Shown here one piece after another: positions 17,238 through 26,116 of a stretch of 64,000 nucleotides of DNA. The first letter of the stretch is position 1. Every line of letters begins with the position of its first letter. Both the position numbers and the translations under genes were made by a program. The notes beneath the pieces are model-generated. The model did no database searches, had not been told where the DNA came from, and was given only the letters and a program-made list of their open reading frames with translations. Source of the stretch: a virus (Duplodnaviria > Heunggongvirae > Uroviricota > Caudoviricetes); the IMG/VR virus record IMGVR_UViG_3300020577_007233, positions 32,001-96,000 of that record; one strand, written 5' to 3'.

Positions 17238-18149
17238 TCAGATGCGCAGTTGAGCGCTCTCTGAAAAAATAACATCGGTTGCTTTAACCTTTAGAGAATC
17301 CAATACACTCGTAAGCTCTCTCTTACAATAATCAACCGGATAAGGCGAAAATCTCTTTGTAGAAGACACAATTCTATCTACACTTTGTTCGCCCTCTTTC
17401 ATGGTATCTTTTAGTATAGCCATGACAATATTCTTGGCCTCTGTTTCGTTCTTACCTTTCTTTGTCATAAGCCAATTGAAAGCTATGACAACTCCATATG
17501 TCATCATAAAACAAATACGACTTGCGGCAAAGGCGGTATCCATTCCATCAAAAGAAACCTCATCAGGAACTTCCTCTTGAATCAAAACAGCTTTCTTGTA
17601 TTGGCTAAGGAAGTTTTTGACAATTCGTTTTTGCAAAATAGCGTGAACATAAAAGTCGCCATCTTCCTTTTCCATTCTTGTAGACTCATGCGAAAAGAAC
17701 CAGTCAATATAGTCTTTAACCATTAGTGGATTCAGTGGTTTTTCTTTGAAGTCGTTAGCAAATCTATTCTTGAGCGACTTCATCATAGTTACGCCAGCCC
17801 TCAGCGTAAGATCATAAGCAGAGTTCTTGTATTTATTCTGAAAACACTTTTTGAAGTAATAGAAAAAATGAGTTGCATCCCAAACATCAACAGGATCGGT
17901 TAAGTATTCCGACATTCCAGATGCTCTGGTTTTTAGCCAGTTACGAGTGCCTTTCTTCTCGTATTTACTTTTAGTCTTCTTAGTTTTCGTTTCTTCGCCA
18001 TATACTTCCAGTTCGTTTTCTCCAAGTATGTCATACAAAGACGCTTGCGGTCTTTTGTCTTTAGGACCAATACCTCTCAATGCATCTTTCTGACTAGCAG
18101 AGATAACATCAAACATTTCATCAATCTTCATTTTGTTCTTTCTTGGCAT
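17238..18149 (-). CDS. hypothetical basic protein (possibly replication-related)
   Basis: Lys-rich ORF of about 303 aa; start moved to MPRK at 18149, 1 nt after the upstream stop; function guessed from context only. Confidence 0.6.
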   Translation of the reverse strand: MPRKNKMKIDEMFDVISASQKDALRGIGPKDKRPQASLYDILGENELEVYGEETKTKKTKSKYEKKGTRNWLKTRASGMSEYLTDPVDVWDATHFFYYFKKCFQNKYKNSAYDLTLRAGVTMMKSLKNRFANDFKEKPLNPLMVKDYIDWFFSHESTRMEKEDGDFYVHAILQKRIVKNFLSQYKKAVLIQEEVPDEVSFDGMDTAFAASRICFMMTYGVVIAFNWLMTKKGKNETEAKNIVMAILKDTMKEGEQSVDRIVSSTKRFSPYPVDYCKRELTSVLDSLKVKATDVIFSESAQLRI

Positions 18150-18150
18150 C

Positions 18151-19260
18151 TTAATGCCCAATCAATAGATATTCAACCCCGGTAACATTCTCAGAAGAAC
18201 GGTATTTATACTCATACTCTATCTCTTTGACAACGGTGTTGGGTTTGTGCTTTTTTACCATGTCTGCTATGACACCAATATCAGCCCAGCTACTGTTATT
18301 GTAGCTGATAACCCATGAAGATTCCTTTGGCAAAGCCTCTAGCAAATTTGCAAATGACTCTTTATATGTTTTGGTTTTTGAAAACTTAGCAGAAGCTTCC
18401 TTAAGATACGCTATGTTTTCAAAACTCTGTCTCGACAGATACTCCTCAAAAAACTTGTACATATAGGCATAATCGCTCTGGTCTCCACCATATGGAGGAT
18501 CTATATAGAACAAATCAATCTTTCCGTTCTTGTTCTTGAGAAAATCGAAAACATCTCCTTGATAGAACGTTGATGATGCCTTTCCAGAATCAAAGTAGAA
18601 AGGCTCCATCTTTGAAAAGTTCATCTCGTTGTTGTTGTTCCTTTGGTGAGCAAGCCTATGCTCAAGGGAAGCAATAACTTGACCGCTATTTAGCCTACCA
18701 CCAACAAAACAGTGAGACATAATGTATTGCATCAGCGTAGACTGAGCAACAGCATATCGTACATAGTTAGCGTCATTAGGAGAGCCAAACAACTCAACGC
18801 AGTTAGCATGGAAGTTATCAATGAACTTCGCTTCTTTCTTTGTTAGGCGAGAGCCTTCATGGTTCTTTTCCATAAAGCCATCACTACTGTTGTTTGCATG
18901 ATTTAGAAGAAGGTTCCAATCGCTTTTGCTAATGGGATACTCATTGCTTCGATGTAACGAAACTCCATTCAAGTACGAAGAACGAAGAAGCTCATTAGAT
19001 ACAACGTTCTTGCCAAGTATCTTGAAAAAGGCTCCAACGACTGCGCTACCAGCAAAAAGATCACAAATAGTTTCAACGTTCTCAAAATCTAGTTCAGCAT
19101 AGATATGCTTACCAATATCTGCAAGCATCTTACGCTTATTACCGACATATGGATTTGAAACATTCATGAAAGATGCTTGAGCGTTTACGGCTTCAACCAG
19201 AAAAAGCTGATCGCCGCTGTCGGCAAACATATCATCATAGTGTTTTCTTTGACGAGCCAT
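18151..19260 (-). CDS. DNA adenine methyltransferase, D12/alpha class
   Basis: PYVGNKRK, DLFAGSAVVG, SNE, FYIDPPY, ISYN. Confidence 0.88.
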   Translation of the reverse strand: MARQRKHYDDMFADSGDQLFLVEAVNAQASFMNVSNPYVGNKRKMLADIGKHIYAELDFENVETICDLFAGSAVVGAFFKILGKNVVSNELLRSSYLNGVSLHRSNEYPISKSDWNLLLNHANNSSDGFMEKNHEGSRLTKKEAKFIDNFHANCVELFGSPNDANYVRYAVAQSTLMQYIMSHCFVGGRLNSGQVIASLEHRLAHQRNNNNEMNFSKMEPFYFDSGKASSTFYQGDVFDFLKNKNGKIDLFYIDPPYGGDQSDYAYMYKFFEEYLSRQSFENIAYLKEASAKFSKTKTYKESFANLLEALPKESSWVISYNNSSWADIGVIADMVKKHKPNTVVKEIEYEYKYRSSENVTGVEYLLIGH

Positions 19261-20802
19261 TTAAGTGCCCTTGAAATCTTTAATCACAAATTCTGGCTCT
19301 GTTTCATAAATACGTCTTCTTGCACGGCTGTGACCTAGCATGTACTTCATATTGTCATGAAAATCAACAATATAGGCATCTTTCTTAATGAATCCAGTTG
19401 ATGTATCTTCGAAAGACCTAATTACTCGTCCTATCCTCTGCAAAGCTCTGGTTTGCGATTTTCCGCTTCCAGCAAGAACAAGACCATCTAGTGGTTTTAC
19501 GTCAACGCCCTCGTCAAAAATACTGGTTGCTATGGTAATAGGAGCTTTCTTGATCCTCATCTGATCGATATGCTTCTGTCGGACTTTTGCTCCATGAGAA
19601 CCATTAAGGAACACGCTGTCTGAAATCATAGACTCCAAAGTATCTCCATGTTCTATGTGTTTTGCAAGAATCAGAACATGCCTTCCTTGCTTAACCATGT
19701 TCTGCGCAATGTTAGCAATCATCAAATTGCGTTCTTCATTCTGAACAATGCCTTCCTTGTAAGCAGTTGCATAAGCTATTTCATCATCACTAAATCGCTT
19801 ACGAGTATGAACAAAATAGATGGTTGGCTTTACCAATATGCCTTTTCTGATCAAGAAAGAAGCATTGATTTCAGCAATCATCTTGCCAAAACAAGCATCA
19901 ATTAATAGATCGTCTCCCATATCTCTCCACGGCGTAGCGGAAAGACCAAAACGGAAACGTGCATTGTAGGAATGATCAGCAATAACCTGACAAGTATTAG
20001 CAGCCCAGTGCTGAACTTCGTCGCATATCATGCCCTTGGCATTATGAACAAGATTAGCTATCACGCCATATCGCTCTTTCATTTCGGCGCTTATTTCTTC
20101 TGGCTCTTCTTCGTCATCGAACTTATGAAACTTTTCACCTAGGGCACGGATTGCTGTTTGAATAGTCATGATGTTAACATCACGAATATCACACTTGCCT
20201 CCGCCGATGACGCCAACTTCCATAGGAGCATTGTTGATGCTCAAGAATCGTTCAAGTTCTGATTTTGCCTGACGCAAGAGGTCTTGCGATGTAACATAGA
20301 AAATGAACGGAGAAACGCCTATCTTGGCTATGATACCAGATCCAATAGCGGTTTTTCCTCCGCCAGTCGCAACCTTGATAATACCTCTTTGGCTTTTTGC
20401 TGCCTTTTCAACAATATCGCTTTGATAATCTCGGAATTCAAGACTCGGTGTTACCCCAATAGCGATCTTGTTAGATTCGAAACTACTTCGTTCGTCAGAA
20501 ACATTTACTGGTACGCAATATGCTCTGAAAAAATCAACTGCTCTACTATAGAGACCTGTTGGAAAATGCACCCCATCCTTCTTGATAGAGCATTTGCACC
20601 ACTTTTCATTGTAACAAACGGCAGTAACATAGCCGTCCCAATCTTTTTGCTTGGTAACTCGCCATGTAGCTTCTGGATCTTTGTATCCAAGAGTCTTCTT
20701 GAACTCTTTATAGATGTCTGATGTCAACCGTCCAATAACGTATGTGGTTGAATCCGTAACCCTTAAAGTTACGGCTGGAAACTTCGTCTCTGTCTCACTC
20801 AT
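19261..20802 (-). CDS. superfamily 2 DNA helicase (UvsW/XPB-like)
   Basis: FRDYQ, ATGGGKT, CDEVQH, GLSATPWR, IFDEGVD, LQRIGRVIR. Confidence 0.92.
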   Translation of the reverse strand: MSETETKFPAVTLRVTDSTTYVIGRLTSDIYKEFKKTLGYKDPEATWRVTKQKDWDGYVTAVCYNEKWCKCSIKKDGVHFPTGLYSRAVDFFRAYCVPVNVSDERSSFESNKIAIGVTPSLEFRDYQSDIVEKAAKSQRGIIKVATGGGKTAIGSGIIAKIGVSPFIFYVTSQDLLRQAKSELERFLSINNAPMEVGVIGGGKCDIRDVNIMTIQTAIRALGEKFHKFDDEEEPEEISAEMKERYGVIANLVHNAKGMICDEVQHWAANTCQVIADHSYNARFRFGLSATPWRDMGDDLLIDACFGKMIAEINASFLIRKGILVKPTIYFVHTRKRFSDDEIAYATAYKEGIVQNEERNLMIANIAQNMVKQGRHVLILAKHIEHGDTLESMISDSVFLNGSHGAKVRQKHIDQMRIKKAPITIATSIFDEGVDVKPLDGLVLAGSGKSQTRALQRIGRVIRSFEDTSTGFIKKDAYIVDFHDNMKYMLGHSRARRRIYETEPEFVIKDFKGT

Positions 20803-20804
20803 AA

Positions 20805-21029
20805 TTACTTCTTTTGAACACTCGGAACATCAATACCTAACTGATATATTCTTTCCGTTGGAACTTTTCTGTTTCTTTTCCATCTTTTCAAGATAGATGC
20901 TTTGTCTCGTCTTACTTCATCAAAGATGCCTGACTGATCTACTTGATCGTCAGATGGCAAAAAAGATGGTTGCCTATTAAGGTCAACATGAGCCATTTTT
21001 TCGAAACTTAGAGAAAGAACTGTCTTCAT
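20805..21029 (-). CDS. hypothetical protein
   Basis: 74-aa ORF with ATGA overlap. Confidence 0.55.
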   Translation of the reverse strand: MKTVLSLSFEKMAHVDLNRQPSFLPSDDQVDQSGIFDEVRRDKASILKRWKRNRKVPTERIYQLGIDVPSVQKK

Positions 21030-21250
21030 TTTGACTCTTGCCTTGATGCTATTCTTTCCTCAAGAACCATCTTCATAGCGAATAGTCCCTCTTTGGAACC
21101 TGATATTCTATGAAACGCATCAATAAAATGACCGTTCCTCATCATTGCAGAAGTATTTTCAAGATTAGAAAGATGCCTCTGCACTTTAGTGAGCATGTTT
21201 CTGAGAAAATCCGCTTCGCTTACTTGGTTTAGATCAAGATTGTCAGACAT
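21026..21250 (-). CDS. hypothetical helical protein
   Basis: 74-aa ORF with AGGAAG upstream. Confidence 0.6.
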   Translation of the reverse strand: MSDNLDLNQVSEADFLRNMLTKVQRHLSNLENTSAMMRNGHFIDAFHRISGSKEGLFAMKMVLEERIASRQESK

Positions 21251-21262
21251 TGCTACTTCCTT

Positions 21263-22297
21263 TTACCAAATTCTTGTCTTCGACAAGAGCGACTGCATCG
21301 TTTGTCCAGGAGGAGTTGTCAAGTCTTCGCTTTGAACTCTCAACAACATCTCAAATGGAACTTCGGTCAATCCTCTCTTCTTTCTTTCTTCTTCCACTCT
21401 GTCCCATAGGTCTTTGCTGAAGTCTTTGAGATTCTTAGTCGTTGACCAGTCCGCCCCTCTAACAGAATCCATCATCTTTTCTGTCAAGCCAAGAAACCAA
21501 AAGTTACCGGCATAAGGGTTAGCTTGAGCGGTCTTGTATTCTTTCTTACCCAAAGAAAGGGCTGTTTCTTCGAGTTCTTGAGACTGACAAAGAATAGCAA
21601 GAGTTGCAAGAAAATTAGAAACCTCTTCATCAGAAACAAAAGCAACACCCAAGAAGTCGATCAACCTTTCCTTCATGAAGTAATTTGAGAAAAGCTCTCT
21701 AATCACAGCTTCAGCCGAATCTCCCTCCCTAAGCATTAACTTCAACGATTCGACCAAAAGAAATGCTGAACGAACAGAGTCTTTTTCAATGTCAAGATTT
21801 ACAAAAATGTAAGGGTCTTCATCATCTATTGCCAGAGCAACATCAAATTGTTCTGAAGACTTGGCAACAATCTTAGCATTTAATAGCGGAATACTCTTGT
21901 ATGGACAAAATATGTTCTTAAGCAACATCCATACTACATGGAATTGGTCCAATCGCATCGCTATAACATCGTTTTCATCAAACGAAACTGTTCTACCATA
22001 TTGGGTTTTGAAATCCCTCAATAATGACAAAAAGAATGTCATTAACGAATTGCGACACTCAATATTATCAACGTTTCTACCGCATATTGTTCCCAAGGAG
22101 TTTACATAAATCGAATAAATCGACGCCATTGTGTCAAGAAGAGTTCCTCCCTTTTTCAGACAAATACAGCCATCCTTGAAGGAAGGCTCTTCACTGTCAA
22201 AAGTTACAGGAAGATCAACAAAGTCACAGTCTAGCCGTTTGCAGAGAATCTGCAAGGCCTTACACACAATAGCAAAGTCACTTATCTTATGTTCCAT
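21263..22297 (-). CDS. hypothetical protein
   Basis: 344-aa ORF; no confident motif. Confidence 0.7.
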   Translation of the reverse strand: MEHKISDFAIVCKALQILCKRLDCDFVDLPVTFDSEEPSFKDGCICLKKGGTLLDTMASIYSIYVNSLGTICGRNVDNIECRNSLMTFFLSLLRDFKTQYGRTVSFDENDVIAMRLDQFHVVWMLLKNIFCPYKSIPLLNAKIVAKSSEQFDVALAIDDEDPYIFVNLDIEKDSVRSAFLLVESLKLMLREGDSAEAVIRELFSNYFMKERLIDFLGVAFVSDEEVSNFLATLAILCQSQELEETALSLGKKEYKTAQANPYAGNFWFLGLTEKMMDSVRGADWSTTKNLKDFSKDLWDRVEEERKKRGLTEVPFEMLLRVQSEDLTTPPGQTMQSLLSKTRIW

Positions 22298-22304
22298 GCC
22301 TTTG

Positions 22305-22333
22305 TATTCGCAAACTTTTCAGTAGATCCTTTC
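22305..22333 (-). promoter_or_regulatory. candidate promoter AAAGG-N17-CGAAT upstream of the 344-aa gene
   Basis: Minus strand GAAAGGatctactgaaaagtttgCGAATA. Confidence 0.3.
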
Positions 22334-23537
22334 AGGATCTGTCATGCTTAAGGTTGACATTGTACGTCCATGTAATGCCAATCTTGGGGTGAATGCCAAA
22401 AAGCTTCTGTTCAGGAGAAGTTCCTGGCATATTGTTTGAAAGCGAATAAACGTCTGCTCCCACGAAAGAACCGTTCATGAGAACTCTTCCGTTATGGGTT
22501 GTATACTCAGAACAGTTATGAAAGTGCCCTGTAAGAGTGTAGTTAGGGATTTGCCTAATCATTCCTGTTATCTTCCTTTCGTAATCAAGGAACGAAGTAA
22601 CCGGAGGATTCTTGGCTTTTACATCATCTCCGTGAGTTAGCAAGAAATTATGATTCTGAATGTTCTTCATCATCCACCAAGTAGTATCAACATGGAACTT
22701 GATTCTTGGCTCATTCTTGAACTCTTGCTGAATGTACTTATAGCAGAACAAATCAAAGTTATTGTACTTCTTCTCAGCGCCATTGGGAGCAATCCGACCG
22801 TGGTTTCCGTACAAACCATAAAACTCAACTTCATCAAACAGCGTAAGCATGTAGTAAATGAAGTCTGATATGCTTCTATAGCCAATCATAACTTGATCAA
22901 AAATCGGCGTACCAATCCAAACTTGGGACCAAGCGCCAGCGGTATTAGCTCCATCAACAATATCGCCTAGCGAGAAAATATGTAGCTTTGGAATTCTATA
23001 GAGTTTTGAGTGCAGTTCTTTGATATCCGTTATTGCTGTCTTCAGATTTTCCATCCGCTTATGAAAGATATCAATGTTGTATTCTGACAAGCCACCTGTT
23101 TCTTCCAAAGTATGCTCATGACCTATGTGAAGATCGCTCAGCATCAAACCCATATCTTCGGCGGTACGATTGGTTTTGACGGATGGGGTATAAATAGGAG
23201 GAGGCGCTGGCGAAAGATTCCTAGCTGCCTTAGAAAGCTTGTCAGCAATAATGTCGGCTTGCAGTCGGTATTTGTCAAGAGCCTTGTGAATACTCAGATT
23301 TGAACGATTCAAACCAGCTTGTAGCTTTTCTTCTCTTATTTCCTCTAGCTCTTTACCTTCTGCTTCGTAGAAGTCGAACTGAGTCCAATCAGTATCTCTG
23401 TTGTATTTGTTCTCAAGAGATTTGGGAGTTCGATTTAGCATATCGGACAACACTCTGTACGGAGTACCCTTCATTCTCTCCATGTAAAGGGTCTTCATTT
23501 CTTCGTGAGTCCATTTTCTACCATCAAAATTTGACAT
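22332..23537 (-). CDS. calcineurin-like metallophosphoesterase with an N-terminal HTH/Myb-like segment
   Basis: SDLHIG, LGDIVDG, GNHGR, THGD, GHFH; N-terminus WTHEE...LSDMLNRTPKS. Confidence 0.88.
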   Translation of the reverse strand: MSNFDGRKWTHEEMKTLYMERMKGTPYRVLSDMLNRTPKSLENKYNRDTDWTQFDFYEAEGKELEEIREEKLQAGLNRSNLSIHKALDKYRLQADIIADKLSKAARNLSPAPPPIYTPSVKTNRTAEDMGLMLSDLHIGHEHTLEETGGLSEYNIDIFHKRMENLKTAITDIKELHSKLYRIPKLHIFSLGDIVDGANTAGAWSQVWIGTPIFDQVMIGYRSISDFIYYMLTLFDEVEFYGLYGNHGRIAPNGAEKKYNNFDLFCYKYIQQEFKNEPRIKFHVDTTWWMMKNIQNHNFLLTHGDDVKAKNPPVTSFLDYERKITGMIRQIPNYTLTGHFHNCSEYTTHNGRVLMNGSFVGADVYSLSNNMPGTSPEQKLFGIHPKIGITWTYNVNLKHDRS

Positions 23538-24249
23538 CTTTTATCCTTTTCTTTAGATCTGACATTACCTTATTGTGGTCAATCAGTTGGGCGTATTTAT
23601 TCTTACGACTCATGCCTAAAGGGTTTACCCTGTATTTGATGAGGTATTCTTGAATGTTCGCAAATTTCTTGCCATTCAAGACAGCTTTACACCAAAAGTC
23701 CAAGTCATGAGTGTATTTGATACTGTTATCCGGCGAATACCCGCCCAACGCTTTGTAGTCGGCTAACCTATACATTGACGTTGGATTGATAATCGGACAC
23801 TTTGAAGCAATAACCAACATCCTCACGATGTCGGCGTGTTCTTTGGGAGGAAAGTCCCAATCTCCAATAAAGCTTCCATCTACTCCGATCTTTTTTGCTC
23901 TACCGCCAACGCAAAAAACATCTGGATGAGCTTCAAGAAAACTATGTTGAACTTCTAACCTGTTTGACATACTTACATCATCTGCGTCATGAATCGCTAC
24001 ATACTTTCCTGTAGCCAACTCAATTGCTTCTTTAGAACGAGCCAAGACCCCTTTATTTTCAACATGATTCACAAAGCGAATTCTTGGATCGTCAAACTTT
24101 GCAATCAAGTTGCCTGTTTGATCGGTTGAGCCATCATTGATAATGATGAACTCGAAATTCTTGTATGTTTGCGCAAGAATAGAAGAAATGGATTCTGAAA
24201 TGAATCCTTCGCAATTATATGCGGCAGTTATAACGCTAATGTCCGTCAT
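23524..24249 (-). CDS. glycosyltransferase family 2
   Basis: ISVITAAYN, IINDGSTD, HDADD. Confidence 0.92.
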   Translation of the reverse strand: MTDISVITAAYNCEGFISESISSILAQTYKNFEFIIINDGSTDQTGNLIAKFDDPRIRFVNHVENKGVLARSKEAIELATGKYVAIHDADDVSMSNRLEVQHSFLEAHPDVFCVGGRAKKIGVDGSFIGDWDFPPKEHADIVRMLVIASKCPIINPTSMYRLADYKALGGYSPDNSIKYTHDLDFWCKAVLNGKKFANIQEYLIKYRVNPLGMSRKNKYAQLIDHNKVMSDLKKRIKDVKF

Positions 24250-25374
24250 TTATCTTTTGTTTCTGAAAAACTTAGCATATTCTTCAGAAACTTTCCCCCA
24301 ATTGTAAGTCTCTTCTACATTTTCCCTACCGTCTTTTCCTAACAAGGTTGATAACTCTTTATCGGAAAGCAACCTATCCATACCCTCGTAAAACTTAGAA
24401 GAAACGGTTCCGTCAAATTCCTTTAACTCTCCCTTTTTGCAAAAGGAGTTTACTCGCAAGCCACCTCTAAGCTGATCAATATGTCCAACATCCATTGCTA
24501 TCCAAGGTTTTTGAGCAGCCATTGCTTCTAAAACAACGATTGGACCGCACTCCTGTTGCGATGGAAACACAAATGCATCGGACGCAAAATAAGATTGAAC
24601 AACATGCTCTCTTGGAATATCGTTAATGAACCTAACAGGCAAACTTTTTGATTCGCAAACAGACTTTACCATAGCTCTCAATCTATTGCCCGGTTCAAAA
24701 GCTAAAGTTGAAGAAATGAAAACAAAAGAGAAGTCTTTTCTCTTTGCATATAGCTTTGAAATAATGGGAGGTAAGAATTCTTGTCCTTTGCCGGGAAAGA
24801 AATTAGAAACGCATAGCAGCATCTTTTCAGACCTAATGCCATAATGTGCCTTGAAGTCAAAACTTGAAGGCTTGAACTCATTCAAATCGACTGCATTGTG
24901 AATAATCGTTACAGGAATACCCCACCTATTACAGGTTGTGGCGTCAATGTAATTCTCTGCATGAGCTATTACTCTATAGTCTTGATGAACCTTTTTGAAC
25001 AACTCAGCAACTTGAGTGTTAGCAGGAACAGAAGATCTCATTCTGTTCATTCCCACAAGGGCAATACTCTTGTTTGCTGTTATTCTGCCTGTATTAGCTA
25101 GTATGGCAGGCCATCTAAAGAACCAATCGCTATAGACAAAAACATGGTCAGCGTTCTCTGCAAGCAGTCTTTCAATAAAGGCGTTTTCGCTATCGCCTCC
25201 AACAGGAACAACATTTACGCCGTTATGAACTCTTGGTAAGTTCCCGTGTTGACAAAAAACAGTGCATTCAAAGCCATGATCTCTTACAAGAGATTCGGTA
25301 ATCTGCTGAACAACTCTTTCCGCACCGCCCGTGTGAAATGGTTGAGCAAAATTAGTGCATACTACTAGCTTCAT
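24250..25374 (-). CDS. glycosyltransferase family 4 (GT-B)
   Basis: GGAER, IHNAVD, KG, FVFPSQQECGPIVVLEAMAA (Ex7E). Confidence 0.92.
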   Translation of the reverse strand: MKLVVCTNFAQPFHTGGAERVVQQITESLVRDHGFECTVFCQHGNLPRVHNGVNVVPVGGDSENAFIERLLAENADHVFVYSDWFFRWPAILANTGRITANKSIALVGMNRMRSSVPANTQVAELFKKVHQDYRVIAHAENYIDATTCNRWGIPVTIIHNAVDLNEFKPSSFDFKAHYGIRSEKMLLCVSNFFPGKGQEFLPPIISKLYAKRKDFSFVFISSTLAFEPGNRLRAMVKSVCESKSLPVRFINDIPREHVVQSYFASDAFVFPSQQECGPIVVLEAMAAQKPWIAMDVGHIDQLRGGLRVNSFCKKGELKEFDGTVSSKFYEGMDRLLSDKELSTLLGKDGRENVEETYNWGKVSEEYAKFFRNKR

Positions 25375-25375
25375 A

Positions 25376-26101
25376 TTAAGTAATCGGATTTTGACGCATT
25401 GGAGTCATAGCGACTCCTTGCCATTTCTTCTTGAACTTGTCATAGCTTTGCGCAAAGAGCTTCATTCTGTCTTTGTTCTTCCCTAAAGTTTGATGAGGAA
25501 GATGTTCAATTTTCGCGGCATAGTTCCAGCCAATCTTAAATCCTGACTGTCTTGCTCTAAAGTTGAAATCTGGATCTTCAAAATAAGCAGGATTGAACTG
25601 CTCATCAAACAATCCAATTTTGTCAACCACTTCTTTTTTGATCATCATTCCGCCGCAACCAACATACGAGTACGGGTCGTTAGGCTTCTTGCAGTTCATT
25701 CTCGGCATAAAAGAACCATCCATTAACCAAGCGTCTGCACCCGCAAGGTCGTATTTCCCTTTTTCCATAAAGTCGTGATACTGTTCAAGCCATCCACTCC
25801 TTACAAACTGATCATTGTCTAAGAAGCAAAGATAGTCTGTTGGCTCGGATTGATAAAGAGCATAACCCATGTTACGCCCGCTAATAACTCCCAAGTTTTC
25901 TTCATTTAGAGCAAGAGTGTGATGTTCAAATCCAGAAAGAGCATCCACCAAATACTCTTTAGTTCCATCAGTTGAACCATTATCAATCATTATAAGATGA
26001 AAAGATGACGGCTCGGTATGCTTGAAAAGCATCTCGATGAATTTTTCAGTAACTGCCTTTCCGTTGTAGGAAAGAACAACTATCGTGGTTTGCTTCATCA
26101 T
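25376..26101 (-). CDS. glycosyltransferase family 2
   Basis: VVLSYN, IDNGSTDGT, FLDND, FDEQF.PAYFEDPD. Confidence 0.92.
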   Translation of the reverse strand: MMKQTTIVVLSYNGKAVTEKFIEMLFKHTEPSSFHLIMIDNGSTDGTKEYLVDALSGFEHHTLALNEENLGVISGRNMGYALYQSEPTDYLCFLDNDQFVRSGWLEQYHDFMEKGKYDLAGADAWLMDGSFMPRMNCKKPNDPYSYVGCGGMMIKKEVVDKIGLFDEQFNPAYFEDPDFNFRARQSGFKIGWNYAAKIEHLPHQTLGKNKDRMKLFAQSYDKFKKKWQGVAMTPMRQNPIT

Positions 26102-26116
26102 TTTAGCATTTCAGCT

